The notes beneath the pieces are model-generated. The model was not told where the DNA came from. It worked only from the letters and a program-made list of their open reading frames with translations, and made no database searches. The position numbers and the translations under genes are program-made. DNA of 64,000 nt from Octopus vulgaris (Eukaryota), in assembly GCA_951406725.2 (NCBI GenBank), contig OX597814.1, positions 101,556,001-101,620,000 of the forward strand. The letters run 5' to 3'. Below, piece by piece: positions 28,136 through 41,384 of the stretch. Numbering within the stretch: position 1 is the first letter of the stretch; each line of letters opens with the position of its first letter.

Positions 28136-28559
28136 TATATGGTGTTTAGAAAATTTCAAAAATTAATCTTGCCACTTGGGAAGATTAATTTTGAAATGTT
28201 AAACTCCCCCCAAGTTGATTTCAAATAAAATGTATTGAATAGTTTATGGTTTTTCTCATTGAGCGCCTATGGTATCAAGCAATCTTGAAACATTGATCAA
28301 TTATTAGAAATTAAATTCTGACCAGATTTTAAACCAAATTAACCCCGAGAAAAAAAACAAACCAAAAAACCAAAAAAAAAAAAACCAAAAACAAAAAGAA
28401 CTAGAAGGAAAAAGGGGGAAAAAACAACAGAAGAAAGAAACACTACAGCAAGTAACAACAGAGAGAGAGAAAACAGATTTCAAACAGTGTCTTCAACATT
28501 TGCCTTCTCACTGTTTTTGCTCAATCGATTTTTGCTGGGATACTTTTGGCAGCATTTCT

Positions 28560-28606
28560 TGTAGTTCTTGCTGTTGTTGTTTGTAGCTGGTATTGTAATC
28601 GTTGTT

Positions 28607-28642
<36 letters not shown>

Positions 28643-29880
28643 CTTTATACTGTTGTCGTTACTTTCGATTTTGTTGTTGCTGTTGTTGTAATTGTTGTTG
28701 TCGTTGTTTTGGTTGTTGTTGTTGTTGTTGTTGTTGCTGCTGATGCTGCTGTTTTGTTGTTGTTGTTCTTGTTGTTCTTTATACTGTTGTCGTTATTTTC
28801 GTTTTTGTTTTTGTTGTAATTGTTGTTGTAATTGTTGTTGTAATTGTTGTTGTCGTTGTTTTGGTTGTTGTTGTTGTTGTTGTTGCTGATGCTGCTGTTT
28901 TGTTGTTGTTGTTGTTGTTGTCGTTGTTGTTCTTTATACTGTTGTCGTTACTTTCGTTTTTGTTGTTGTTGTCATTGTCATTGCTGGTGTTTCTGATGTT
29001 TTGATGCTATTGTTTTTGTTGTAATTGCTGCCGTTGTTGTTGTCGTTGTTTTGGTTGTTGTTGTCGTTGTTTTGGTTGTTGTTGTTGCTGATGCTGCTGT
29101 TGTTGCTGTTGTACTTTTTGGTGCTGTTCTTGCTGCTGGTGGTTCTGATGGCGCTCTTGATTCTCTTCCTATTACCGTTGTTGTTGTTGCAGTTGCTGTT
29201 TGCTGCTGTTACTCTTGTACTTGTTGTTGTCGCTAATGCTCCTGCTGCTGTTGTTGTTGTTGTTGTTTTGTTGGTGTTGTGATGTTGTTATCGTTGTTTT
29301 TGTTGTTGTTATTGAGCTGTTGTTTTTGCTGTGTTGTTGTTGTTGCTGAGTTTGTTGTTGGTGTTATTGTTACTGCTGTTGTTTTTTTACTGTTGGGTAA
29401 TTTTGTTATAATACTAGCCTCTTCTGCCGCTACCGCTGTTTTTGTTGTTGTTGCTTTTTCTGCTCTTTTATTTTTTTATGTTCAGTTGTTTGTAGAGTTA
29501 TTGTTGAATGGAGAGGTGTATGATGATGATGATGATGATGATAGATCATGATCATCATCATCATCATCATCATCAAATTCATGATCATAATGATGATGAT
29601 GATGATGATGAGGATGATGATGATGATGACGACGACGACGATGACGATGGTGGTAGTGGTGGTGGTGGTGATGGTGGTGGTGGTGGTGGTTGTGGTGGTG
29701 GTGGTGGTGGTGGTGGTGGTGGTTGTGATGATGATGATGATGATGATGATGGTGGTGATGATGATGATGATGATGACGACGACGACGACGATGGTGGTAG
29801 TGGTGGTGGTGGTGGTGGTGGTGGTGGTGGTTGTGATGATGATGATGATGATAATGTTGATGATGATGTTGTTATTGTTG
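28560..29880. repeat. (GTT)n then (GAT)n/(GAC)n/(GGT)n compound tract with internal block duplications
   Basis: gttctttatactgttgtcgtta occurs three times; the (GAT)n(GAC)n-gatggtggtagt-(GGT)n block occurs twice. Confidence 0.93.
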
Positions 29881-30405
29881 CTGATGATGCTGTTTTTGTG
29901 GTGGTCGTTGTATGTGCAATGGTGTTGTTGCTGTCGCCAGTGCTCTTGTTCTCGATGCTGTGGGTGTTTTTTTTTGTTTTGTTTTTGTTTTTTTTTTTGG
30001 CAGAGGATGATACTGTTTGTTTTGCATTATCCAAATGGAATACAGAAATCATATTCTCCTGACTTGTGAGCTGTGATCAAATTAATTATTTAACATAGAA
30101 GAAACAGGTGTCACCTGAAAATTAGTAGCTGTTGTGAGCATGGGGAATTGTTTTTCAACGAGTAAAGCACAGCATATCTGGGGGAAAAAAATAGGAAAAC
30201 TGATTCAGGAAAGCATAAAATGAAGAAATAAAATAATCGAGGAAAGAAAGGTTGAGCGAAATGTGTGTGTGTGTGTGTATGTATGTGTGAGTATATGTGT
30301 ATGTGTATTATTTACATACATCCATATTAATATGTATATTTATTATGCATGTATGTTCATATATGTATACATACAAAATGATGCATATATTTATGTATAT
30401 ATTTC

Positions 30406-30419
<14 letters not shown>

Positions 30420-30438
<19 letters not shown>

Positions 30439-30655
30439 GAAGAGGAGAGGGAATGGAATGGAAGAAGGGAGAGAGAGAGAGAGAAAATGAAGGAAAGAGA
30501 GAGAGAGAATGACGGAGAGAGTAGAAAGAGGATGAAACGAAAGATTGTAGATAGGAGAATGGAGAAGAGTGCGAGAGAATTGTGTTTTAATCGGGAGAGA
30601 TAGAGATAGAAAAGAAAAGAAAGGGGAAGAGAAGAAAATGTTTCAGAAGATATAC

Positions 30656-30694
<39 letters not shown>

Positions 30695-30807
30695 AGAAAA
30701 GAGAAAGAGAGAGAGAGAGAGAGAGGGAGGAGAAAAGAGAAAGAGAGAAAAAAGAGAGAGTGAAGTAGAGAGACAGACAGACAGACAGACAGATAGATAG
30801 ATAAATG

Positions 30808-30858
<51 letters not shown>

Positions 30859-30863
30859 GGATG

Positions 30864-30933
<70 letters not shown>

Positions 30934-30938
30934 CAGAC

Positions 30939-31033
<95 letters not shown>

Positions 31034-31040
31034 TAGATAG
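30420..31040. repeat. (GA)n polypurine tract, then (GACA)n/(GATA)n
   Basis: Direct observation. Confidence 0.95.
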
Positions 31041-31258
31041 ACAGGTGTGTGTTGAGATAGAGAGAATAAAGAACAATGGGAAAGGGGTATATAAGAGAAC
31101 AAACGTTTGAAAAACAGAGTAGTATTGAGAATAGGGAAGAAATTCCAAAACAGACATAACTTAAAACTAAAAATGATAACACAGGAATAACAGGGAAAGT
31201 GAAAGTAAATATAGAATGGAAGGAAATCACTATATAAGTTTAAGTGGAATATAAAGAA

Positions 31259-32035
31259 CTAGCCGGCCCCGTACCGTCAAAAGTGACAGCTAATTCTAGT
31301 ATTTTATATAAGATGAGGTACAAAACTAAGTTTTTAGTTTAATAATTCTTTTATTACCAAATCCTTTGTGAAAAATCTATCCGCAATTAACACCCTTTGA
31401 CTGTTTGTTTCCTTCAAAATAATTTTAAAGTTTTTCCTTCCTTTTTGTGCGACTTAAGCCCACATAAAGCTGGCCGTGACTAAATACGGGTGTTGACAAG
31501 TAAAAACCAACTTTTTCGAAGCAACGCTTCCTTTCAATTGCGCCCTCTATTACTGAAATCAGCCTAAACACATATGACTAAAAGCCACAAAAAACCGTCT
31601 GTGATTTATAGTTGATGTAAAAACTCCCTATTCAAAATTTATTACATAAAATTCTTAATATAAATAAATTAGGCAAATGTATGAACTGTTAAATGTGTAT
31701 TTATGATATATTTTTCAACTGCAGTCATTTTATGGTCTTGATACACTCAGGCAATAATTATTTTCTCTAAAGAGTTTGTATATGTTTGTGTAGATGTGTG
31801 CGATTGTAATAATTATTTGTAACACAATAGATAGAATTTGGATGTTAATTCAAATAAATATACTTCCCAATGTTAACTAGTGGTTGTATTTTGAGACGTG
31901 ACATTGATCATCTTAAATTACTGAAAGAACGCTGGTTAGTTTATAGTTATTGAAAGAACACTGGGTAAAAATTTCTTAATATAAATAAAGGACATGCATA
32001 AACTGTTAAATTAAAAAAGTGTATTTAAATTAAGA
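31259..32035 (-). mobile_element. Internally deleted Helitron retaining the RepHel helicase C-terminus
   Basis: Minus strand 31520-31334: FEKVGFYLSTPVFSHGQLYVGLSRTKRKE, frameshift, ..TKDLVIKELLN* (Pif1-like motif VI region). Hairpin ctgtca-cttt-tgacgg, then CTAG|T at 31259. The 5' A|TC at 32035 is tentative. Confidence 0.85.
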
Positions 32036-32046
32036 TGTGCATACAC

Positions 32047-32089
<43 letters not shown>

Positions 32090-32105
32090 CACACACACAC
32101 ATAAA

Positions 32106-32290
32106 GTGGCGAGCTGACAGAATGGTTACCGCGCCTCAAAAAATGCTCAGCGACATTTCTTCACGTTTTGATTTCAATTACCGCCGGGGTCGACTTTGCC
32201 TTTCAACCGTTCTCATTCGATAAAATGAATACCAGTAGAGCACTGAAGTCGATGTAATCGAACTTGCAAGCCTTTTGTCAAAATGTAAGA
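32106..32290 (+). mobile_element. SINE family A, diverged
   Basis: gtggcgagctgacagaatggttacc..gtcgactttgcctttc..gataaaatgaataccag. Confidence 0.8.
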
Positions 32291-33012
32291 CCAAACACGG
32301 TCGCGCGCGCATAAAAGTTCCCTTTCTTCCTCCCTCCTCTTGTCAAATATATTCCACTCACATCCGTACAACAACATAAAATTTTAAATCTAAAAGTAAA
32401 ACACAAACTTGTAGGCGACCTGGAGTAGGAAGGTTATGTCACAGAAACGGTCATGAATGGCAACATAAGCAAACACAAACAAACTTAAGCAAACACAATT
32501 CATTCTGACGAAGATTAATAGCGAGGTGGAATCGAACCAGTGCATGTGTTTATTGTGAGTATAATGACCCTCCCTTGTCATAACAATATATATATATATA
32601 TATATAGATAGATAGATAGAGATATATATATGTTTCATCAGAAAGCACGTTTCGATATTCTGAATTTCAGAGTAACAAAGAAAATCCAGCGTCAGGAACA
32701 TTATATATTGAATTGTAAATTCTGGAAGCTAATACATGCTTGACCCATTCAATTCATTTTGTTGTGGTTTCTTTATTTTTAATAGGAGTGACGTCTATTG
32801 CATTATTCCATTTTATTTTGATTGCATTGTAGGGTGAATTGATCTATTAGTTCATTAATTTTGTCTACCCGTGTATATATTTATGTATACACACATACAT
32901 TATGTATATATTAATATAAATTACATATATATATATATATATCATCAATATGCATGTAGGTATATATATAAGCATATGTGCATATGTGTGTGTGTGTGTC
33001 TGTGTGTGTGCG

Positions 33013-33076
<64 letters not shown>

Positions 33077-33196
33077 ATGATGAGCAAAAAATATCAAAGT
33101 GATACTACAGACAATAGATATGATGTTGGTATAGGTTTTAATGCATAACGGCAGACAGATGAACTGAGAGAGATAGGTAGGCGTTTACACACACAC

Positions 33197-33295
<99 letters not shown>

Positions 33296-33747
33296 ATGCA
33301 TAGATAGATATCTTCCACTCTTTTTATCTTTCTCAATGCCTGCCTATCTCAGTCACCTCATCTGTCTATACGGTCGAGCATAAAAACGTAAACCAGCAAT
33401 AAGACATCTATCGTCTGTTATTTTTTTTATATCACGCCATTTTATTATATTCCTTCCTCTCATTGCCATATCTAACGGTAGCGACTCCATACTCATGATG
33501 TGTGTGTGGGGGGGAAGGGGGTCTGTACGTTCGTACTACCTGCGCGAGCGCGTGTATATTGAAGAGCGCGTTGAAGAGGTAGACTTTTTAGAAAACTAGA
33601 TACGATGCCTTCATGTACTTAGTTGTTTTTTTCCTAACTTTCAACACTCTATGTTCAAATTCTGCAAAGATCAGCTTTACCTGTTATTGCTTCGGCTCCG
33701 ATAACTAGAGTACCAATACTAGGATCGATTCTTCTTCTTCTTCTTCT

Positions 33748-33787
<40 letters not shown>

Positions 33788-33934
33788 ATCTCTTTCTCTG
33801 TCTGTAAGATAGGTGTTGCAGTCAGACTGAGAAAGTTAGGCACCGCGAAATTCAATGCACACTGTATGCCAAGACAGCAACCCTACGACTTCATAAAAAA
33901 TTGAAAGCCCAAAGCAAGGCAACGATATATATAT

Positions 33935-34120
33935 TATTTGACATGCTTCAGTCATTTGACTGCAGCCATACTGGAGCACCGCCTTTAGTCGAACAAATCG
34001 ACCTCAGGACTTATTCTTTGTAAGCCCAGTACTTATTCTATCGGCCACTATTACCGAACCGCTAAGTTACGCGGACGTAAACACATTAACAATCGGGGTC
34101 GAGCGATGGTGGGGGACACA
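33935..34120 (-). mobile_element. SINE family B, 3' half
   Basis: cagtcatttgactgcagccatactggagcaccgcctttagtcga is the reverse family B tail. Confidence 0.85.
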
Positions 34121-34126
34121 TAATGC

Positions 34127-34253
<127 letters not shown>

Positions 34254-34254
34254 G

Positions 34255-34478
34255 ACGCCAAGATAGATCGTTAGCCACTACACACTTTTTTCTCTCCTTT
34301 TTTTCCCTCCTTTTTGATCTCCCTTTTTTCTCCTTGTTATTTCTGTGTACCTTTCTGTAGCAGAGTGTAGGCTCGAAACGTAAAAGACTTTTTCTATTCC
34401 TGAGCGTTATACTAATACATCTATTTGTTTTGTACACCACCTGTCTTCGTCTTTTGTTTTTTTCGAAAACTTTCCCTA
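34255..34478 (+). mobile_element. Penelope-like pLTR fragment with minimal hammerhead-like fold, embedded in (TA)n
   Basis: cttt-CTGTAGCA-gagt gtag gctc-GAAAC-GTA-aaag; homologous to 49400-49570. Confidence 0.65.
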
Positions 34479-35133
34479 TATATATATATATATATTCAAT
34501 TTTGAGGGATTAATCGATATGCCGGTATTCTAATCTAATGAATATCTTACAGTAAACTCATGGTATTAGTTTGCCCATCATGAAATGATACTTAAAGGAT
34601 ATAACCAAAATTTCCAGCTTAGTATACAATGTACTTCATTAATTATATCATACTTTAGTTAATACTTAAATTTATTAAATATGAAGGAACTACACGTGTT
34701 TCAGTATTGGGAGATTACAATATATATACATATACACGACTGTATACCCATATATATTCATATATAAATACATATATGCAATCGTCAGATTTACAATTAT
34801 TCAAACATATCTTCAGGTTCTTTTTCAAAATATTATATATCTAATTTTACATCCTTTTAAAAACAAACAATACAATTAAGCATTAAAGATTAAAAATTAC
34901 GAATTAAAAATTAAGAATAAAAATTATACTTTGTAATATTAAGAATTAAAATTTATAAATTATACATTATAAATATGAATTAGTATATATATCAATCATG
35001 TAAAATCAAGTATATGTCAAATGAAGTATATGAGATATAAGATTAAACATCAGAATAAAAATGTCTATGTTTAAATGTGATATATAACAAAAAACAAATC
35101 AAATGGGCAAGTGTCTTACACTATAACCCCGGG

Positions 35134-35244
<111 letters not shown>

Positions 35245-35279
35245 TGTGTGTGTATGTGTGTGTGAGTGAGTGAGTGAAG

Positions 35280-35590
35280 GTGTATGGCTCAGTGTTTAAA
35301 ACACCGGGCTCACAATCATGTGTGGATTCGATTCCCGGACCGTTCTGTTTGTTGTGTTCTTGAGCACGACACTTTATTTCACGTTACTGCAGTTCATTCT
35401 GTTCTAGAAATGAGTAGCAACGTCACTGGTGCCAAACTGTATCGGCCTCTCCCTTGGATGACATCAGTGGCGTGGAGAGGGAAGGCTGGTATGCATGGGC
35501 GACTGCATAAACAGCCTTGCCCGGACTTGTACCTCGGTGGGGAACCTCCCAGGTGTAATCACATGGTTATTCATGAATGGAGGGTGCTTT
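35280..35590 (+). mobile_element. SINE family C, tail type 1
   Basis: Head tggctcagtg..ttcgattcccgg, core tgtgttcttgagcacgacactttatttcacgtt; tail shared with 8285-8480. Confidence 0.88.
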
Positions 35591-35909
35591 TATATATGTA
35601 TGTATGTATGCATGTATGTATGTATGTATGTATGTATGTATGTATGTACGTACGTATGTATGTATGTATGTATGTTTGTATGTATGAGTATATATATGTA
35701 TATATATATATAGGCAGTTTTGAGAAATTTTCTAACATTATCAATAATTTTCATACTAAATATTTGTTATATGTTCTCGTAGGTAATTTTTATCTTTTGG
35801 TCAGAGAAGACTGTGTCCACAACGCGTTACAGAGCCTCGAAGACCGGAGAAGAGATGGAGGAAAACGAAAATTTGTCTCGAATGCCTGCAACGGAAAAGG
35901 CCCAGCTAA

Positions 35910-36270
35910 AGTTCTTGGTGGAGGCCAGGGCAGGATCTGAACTCAGAACTCAAAGATCCGGAACAAATAAGATGTGCTTACACTTCCGACAATCCATCGT
36001 CTTGAGTTAGTGCTTTTTTTTTTATCGTTCTCGAAAGGCTGAAAGGCGAAGTTAACTTCGGTAAGATTTTAACTCAGAGCGCAAAGAGCCGGAACAAATA
36101 CCACAAGACGTTCTTACATTTCCGGCAATCCACCACCTTGGATTAGTATTTTTTTTATCGATCCCGAGATCATAAAAAACAAAGTTGACCTCAGTGGGGA
36201 TTGATCTCAGATAGCAAGGAGTCGGGCATTCTGTCCAACGCCCTTATCACTCTGCCGATTCATCGCCATA
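35910..36270 (-). mobile_element. Three tandem partial SINE family A-like copies
   Basis: Repeated aactcaga..aaga-ccggaacaaata and aaagttgacctc motifs. Confidence 0.6.
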
Positions 36271-36789
36271 GTTCTCTTGAATAGACTATGCTAAGTTCCA
36301 ATAAAAATGAGACTTAGACGGAATTTTCACTTTGACTATTAAAAATTTCACGCTTTATCTATCTCCAAACCACCAGAGTAACTTGGGAACAAAGAAAGAA
36401 AAGCTTCATATTTCACAGAACGTATGAAAGAAGGGTTAACTAAAAGTTCAAAAACCAACATGGACATTTAAGACAAATTTACGAAAATTCTTTGGACAAT
36501 CAAAGGGTTAAATTTCATTTTTGAACGACTGAAATGTCACAATTTCCTCCCTTTGCCCTTTCTGAGAATATAACGTTCATTAATGCTAATGAGTTTTATT
36601 CTTATTGAGGCTGTAATTTCAATCAATCAAAATTAATTTTCAGGTCAACACCTTAAGCGCAGTAACGTAGTTCTCTCTCTATCTCTATCTCTATCTATCT
36701 ATCTATCTCTATCTCTCCCTCAGTCTCTCTTTCCTCTCTCTTTTCCCCCACTTTCTCCCTATTTCTCTCACTTCTACACATGGAGGATT

Positions 36790-37320
36790 GCACGTGTAAT
36801 AAAAAGCAGTGAACACAAAATGAAAGAAGACAAAGTAAAAAATATTTTTACAAACGTTAATTTAGTTTAACGCATAAAAGTAAGTGAAAGAGTCTTGACG
36901 TTTTGGACGCTAGTCCTTTATCTGAAGAGAAATATAGAAAAGTAGAGGAGTAAAGTACGAAAGTTTTTTAAAGGAAAAAAACAAGCAAGCGAGCTAGTTA
37001 AAAGCTACGTAATAATGCAGTTCTATGGAGAAGTTAAGAGGAGAATAGGTGGTAGCAGGTACGTCTCTATAGGGGCTTACTCGTGTATTGACAGAGATTT
37101 GAGTGCGCATGTGGTTATTTGGTGGAAGATGAGTGTAGAGGCGTGTCAGCGTGGTTTTGTGATGGCATGAGATACTAGAGGGCGGGTGGTTGGTGTATGT
37201 ATGTAATCCGAAACGTCGAGACTCGTTCCCTTCCTTTTAAGCGTTAAGCTAATACATTTGTTAGAATACGTCTCTCCCGTGTTGTCCTTATTCATTCTCT
37301 GAGTATTGCTTTTATAATAT
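36790..37320. mobile_element. Penelope-like relic: minus-strand terminus with decayed hammerhead plus an inverted partial terminus
   Basis: Minus strand: tctt-CAGATAA-aggac tagc gtcc-AAAAC-GTC-aagactc at about 36890-36930. Plus strand: tcc-GAAAC-GTC-gagactc..gcgttaagctaatac from 37205. Confidence 0.55.
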
Positions 37321-37444
37321 ATTTCAACACTTAAGGGGACCTTATATTCTTTTATAGATGGACACAAACACACAAGCACAAACACACGCACAAGTGCGCG
37401 TGTACACATACACACACATGCGCATATTTTTTATCTTATTTTTT

Positions 37445-37703
37445 TATACTTGTTTCAGTCAATGGACATGTTAGGGCACCCCCTTGAAGCACATCGTCGA
37501 ACAAATCGTCTCCCAGTATTTATCTGTAAGACTGATACTTATTGCTTTCTTTTGCTGAACCGCTAAGTTATGGATTCGTAACAGCACCGGTTGTTAAGTA
37601 TAAGGTAGGGAAGGGAACAAACTCAAAACTAACATAAAGACACAAACACACAAACACACACATTCACACATACACATGTATATACATGTATATATATATA
37701 TAT

Positions 37704-37767
<64 letters not shown>

Positions 37768-37920
37768 ATACATACAAACGACAGACTTCATTTCAGTTTT
37801 CTTGTGAGTGAATTTGGTTGGGTTATAGAAGACGCTTGCCCAAGGGGCCCCACTGTGTGACTTAATCCAAGACCACACGGTTGGGAAGCATGTTTCTTAA
37901 CTACACAGCTACGTCAGCAC
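37445..37920 (-). mobile_element. SINE family B, diverged
   Basis: Reverse tail (gaaccgctaagtta) and head (cttgcccaagg..accacacggttgggaagc). Confidence 0.7.
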
Positions 37921-38792
37921 CTGTGTGTGTGTGTGTGTATGTGTTGCCCACCGCCTTCACTGACATTTAAACTGAAGATATGTATGATACTTAATCTCGT
38001 ACATGTATCAATACATTATGTGTGAGTTTTGTATGTATGTGCAACTGCGTGAATACATACACACACATACACACACACACACTCACACACCACCACCACC
38101 ACCACCACCACCACCTTCACCTGTTGTTTCAAGAAGAGATGGGTGGCTTTGGTTGTCTGTCAGTTCGAATTTCGCCTGAATGAAAAATTCCTCTGTCAAC
38201 TCTAACGTCTTTTTAACGACTAATGCGCTTGTGGAATCGGCCCTCCTTATCAGTTGCTCTTTAGGTATTTACGTAGAACTTTCTGATTATATAAATCATC
38301 CTTGATGCCGTCGATGTTATCTATGTTGTTGTTACTGCGGCTGTTGTTTTATACAAAGGCTCTTGTAGACGTTGTTGTTCTTGTTGTCGTTTTCGATGTT
38401 ATGGCAGTAGAAGTCCCCAATGGCTCTTGTCGCTCGGGTAGAATATGTCCTAAGCTGTGTTAGTGAAGGTGATAGTGGCTACGAAGAATGTTATGATAAT
38501 AGTGTTGCTAATAGTGTTGTTGTTGACGGGAGGGTATAACCGTGTAATAATTCTTACGTTAGTGGGAGTGTTCTGTTAATTCGATGTGTTGGAGGTGGCG
38601 CTGATGTTGGTGTTTCCTTTTCTGTGTTTTTTTAATTTTCTTTTTTTTTTATTGGCGAGGTAGTGCTGTCTGCATGAATAAAGGTTACTTGTAAGGAGAG
38701 ACGATGGTAGGGAAGGAGTTACGGTCTCTTATCTTTTTGAGTCTTCATGGCTCACTCACTTTTGTATACCGACGATAAAATGGGTGTTTATA

Positions 38793-38849
<57 letters not shown>

Positions 38850-38859
38850 TATACATATA

Positions 38860-38895
<36 letters not shown>

Positions 38896-39057
38896 AACAT
38901 TCGTATGTATAAATATAGAAGGAAATTCATTCATATAAACATCTCTCTCTCTCTTTCTCTCTCTCTCTCCCTCTCTCACTTTCTCTCACTCTCTGAATAT
39001 ATACATATATACATATATATATACATGTATGTATGTATGTGCGCATATATACATACA

Positions 39058-39151
<94 letters not shown>

Positions 39152-39177
39152 TATACACATATATATACATATAGGAA

Positions 39178-39405
39178 GGCGGCGAGCTGGCAGAAACGGT
39201 AGCACGCCGGGCGAAATGCGTAGCCGTATTTCGTCTGCCGTTACGTTCTGAGTTCAAATTCCGCCGAGGTTGACTTTGCCTTTCATCCTTTCGGGGTCGA
39301 TAAATTAAGTACCAGTTACGCACTGGGATCGATGGAATCGACTTAATCGCTTTGTCTGTCCTTGTTTGTCCCCTCTGTGTTTAGCCCCTTGTGGGTAGTA
39401 AAGAA
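39178..39405 (+). mobile_element. Young full-length SINE family A within (TA)n
   Basis: Near-identical to the copy at 23086. Confidence 0.95.
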
Positions 39406-40428
39406 ATATATATACATATATATATAATAATATAAATAATATATAAATATATATAATATATGAATACATATATTTATACACACACACATATATATATGAT
39501 ATATATATACTCATATATATATATATATATACATTTACTCACACACACACACATACACACACACATACATCTATTGAGTTAAAACAGGTACATTGATAGT
39601 GACACAGGGATTGAGTGAAAGGGCATATGTGTAAATAGAAAGAAAAAAGTCCCAAATAAAATAAGGAAAAAAAAACCCAACTAAAACTTCAAGAATGTGA
39701 ACAACAGAAATAACAAATACATAGACAGTAATATCCTCATATATACACACATTAACACTAATAATACGTCAAGTGCATATAGGCACATGTATGTAAATAA
39801 TTTGACATGTGGGTGTTTGTATGAGATGGTACTTAGATTAGCTCTGTATAAACTTGAAGAACTGTTTACAACTACTTCATCATCAAGATACAAATATAAA
39901 TACGTATATATACATGCGTATATACGTGCATATATAGATATATAGATTCATATATACATAGGTAGTTATGTGCGTATATACATGATATGTATACAGTGGC
40001 TTGGATGTATGCTTCGGTGTTTATGTTTCTTTGCATATTACGGGATCAAAGCGAGCGGTGCATAGGTGCGTGTATGCGTCATGTGCGATGGTGCGCGCGC
40101 GTGTGCGTGCATGTGTGTGAGTGTGTGGTGTAGTGTGTGTGTGTGTGTGCGCATGTGTGCGGGTGTGTGTGTACGTGAATGTGTTTTCATACAGATTCAC
40201 AGACGCGCACATGCACTCAATATATATGTAGATGAGTGTGTGTGTGGGGGGTGTATGTGTTTGCGTGCATGTGTATATGTGTGTGTGTGTGTGTGTTTGT
40301 ACGTGTATGCACACATATATATACACACAGACACACATATATATATATATACACACATATGTATATGTGTGTGTTATATATATAAATATGTATATACAAA
40401 TATGTATTACGTATGTATATGTATAGTG

Positions 40429-40459
<31 letters not shown>

Positions 40460-40464
40460 ATAGC

Positions 40465-40515
<51 letters not shown>

Positions 40516-41072
40516 TGTATGTATGAAAATATATCCTTAAAGATATAGATATATAATTACACGAGCCTTCCTACACTCACGCATGCATATATACATATAC
40601 ACTCACACACGCGCATTGATATTTGTTTATGTGTGTACAAGTGTGGGTGTGTGTGTAGTAATTATGTAGATACGTTTTAAACACATGTCGCTATCTTTAT
40701 GTGAATCTATATTTTGAGTATGAAAGTTAGCTAATGATGTTTGTTTTACGAATGCAATTCCTTTGCCTTCTATTTAAATGATTTCTTGTTGCATACTAAT
40801 AGCAACTTATCATACCTTAATCTTAAATGGTGTGTTTATATATGTATATGAATAGGAACACTTCTTGGAAGGTTGCATGGTATATTTCGAATAGTTGCCC
40901 TGTCTATATTCCATATGAGATAAACGGATTCTTTCATAATTTTTCCTTCTTCATATTCGTTTATGCTCTCTGGCGTTTTTCCTTCTTTCATTTCCTCTGT
41001 CAATCCGTTTTAGTTTCATTTTCACGTTTGTGTTCCTCCCCTTAGCCTTCTGTTATAATTCCATATATATTT

Positions 41073-41295
41073 CTTTACTGCCCACAAGGGGCTAAACACA
41101 GAGGGGACAAACAAGGACAGACAAACGGATTAAGTCGATTACATCGACCCCAGTGATCTGGTACTTAATTTATCGACCCCGAAAGGAGGAAAGGCAAAGT
41201 CGACCTCGGCGGAATTTGAACTAAGAACGTAACGGCAGACGAAATACGGCTACGCATTTCGCCCGGTGTGCTAACGTTTCTGCCAACTCGCCGCC
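41073..41295 (-). mobile_element. Young SINE family A with long TSD
   Basis: cttctgttataattccatatatattt at 41047-41072 and 41299-41324. Confidence 0.95.
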
Positions 41296-41384
41296 TGTCT
41301 TCTGTTATAATTCCATATATATTTAGTTTAAACCTTCTACTGAGTCAATTTAGGCTATTTTAGGTTACTTTGTAGAAATGTTGG

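Noticed and set aside
29508-30069. Asp/Gly-rich ORF with hydrophobic C-terminus, resembling a biomineral or membrane protein
   Set aside because: Three overlapping open frames over pure GAT/GGT repeats and T-runs; no independent coding signal
35284-35940. 218-aa ORF
   Set aside because: Reads through a SINE C copy and a (TATG)n tract
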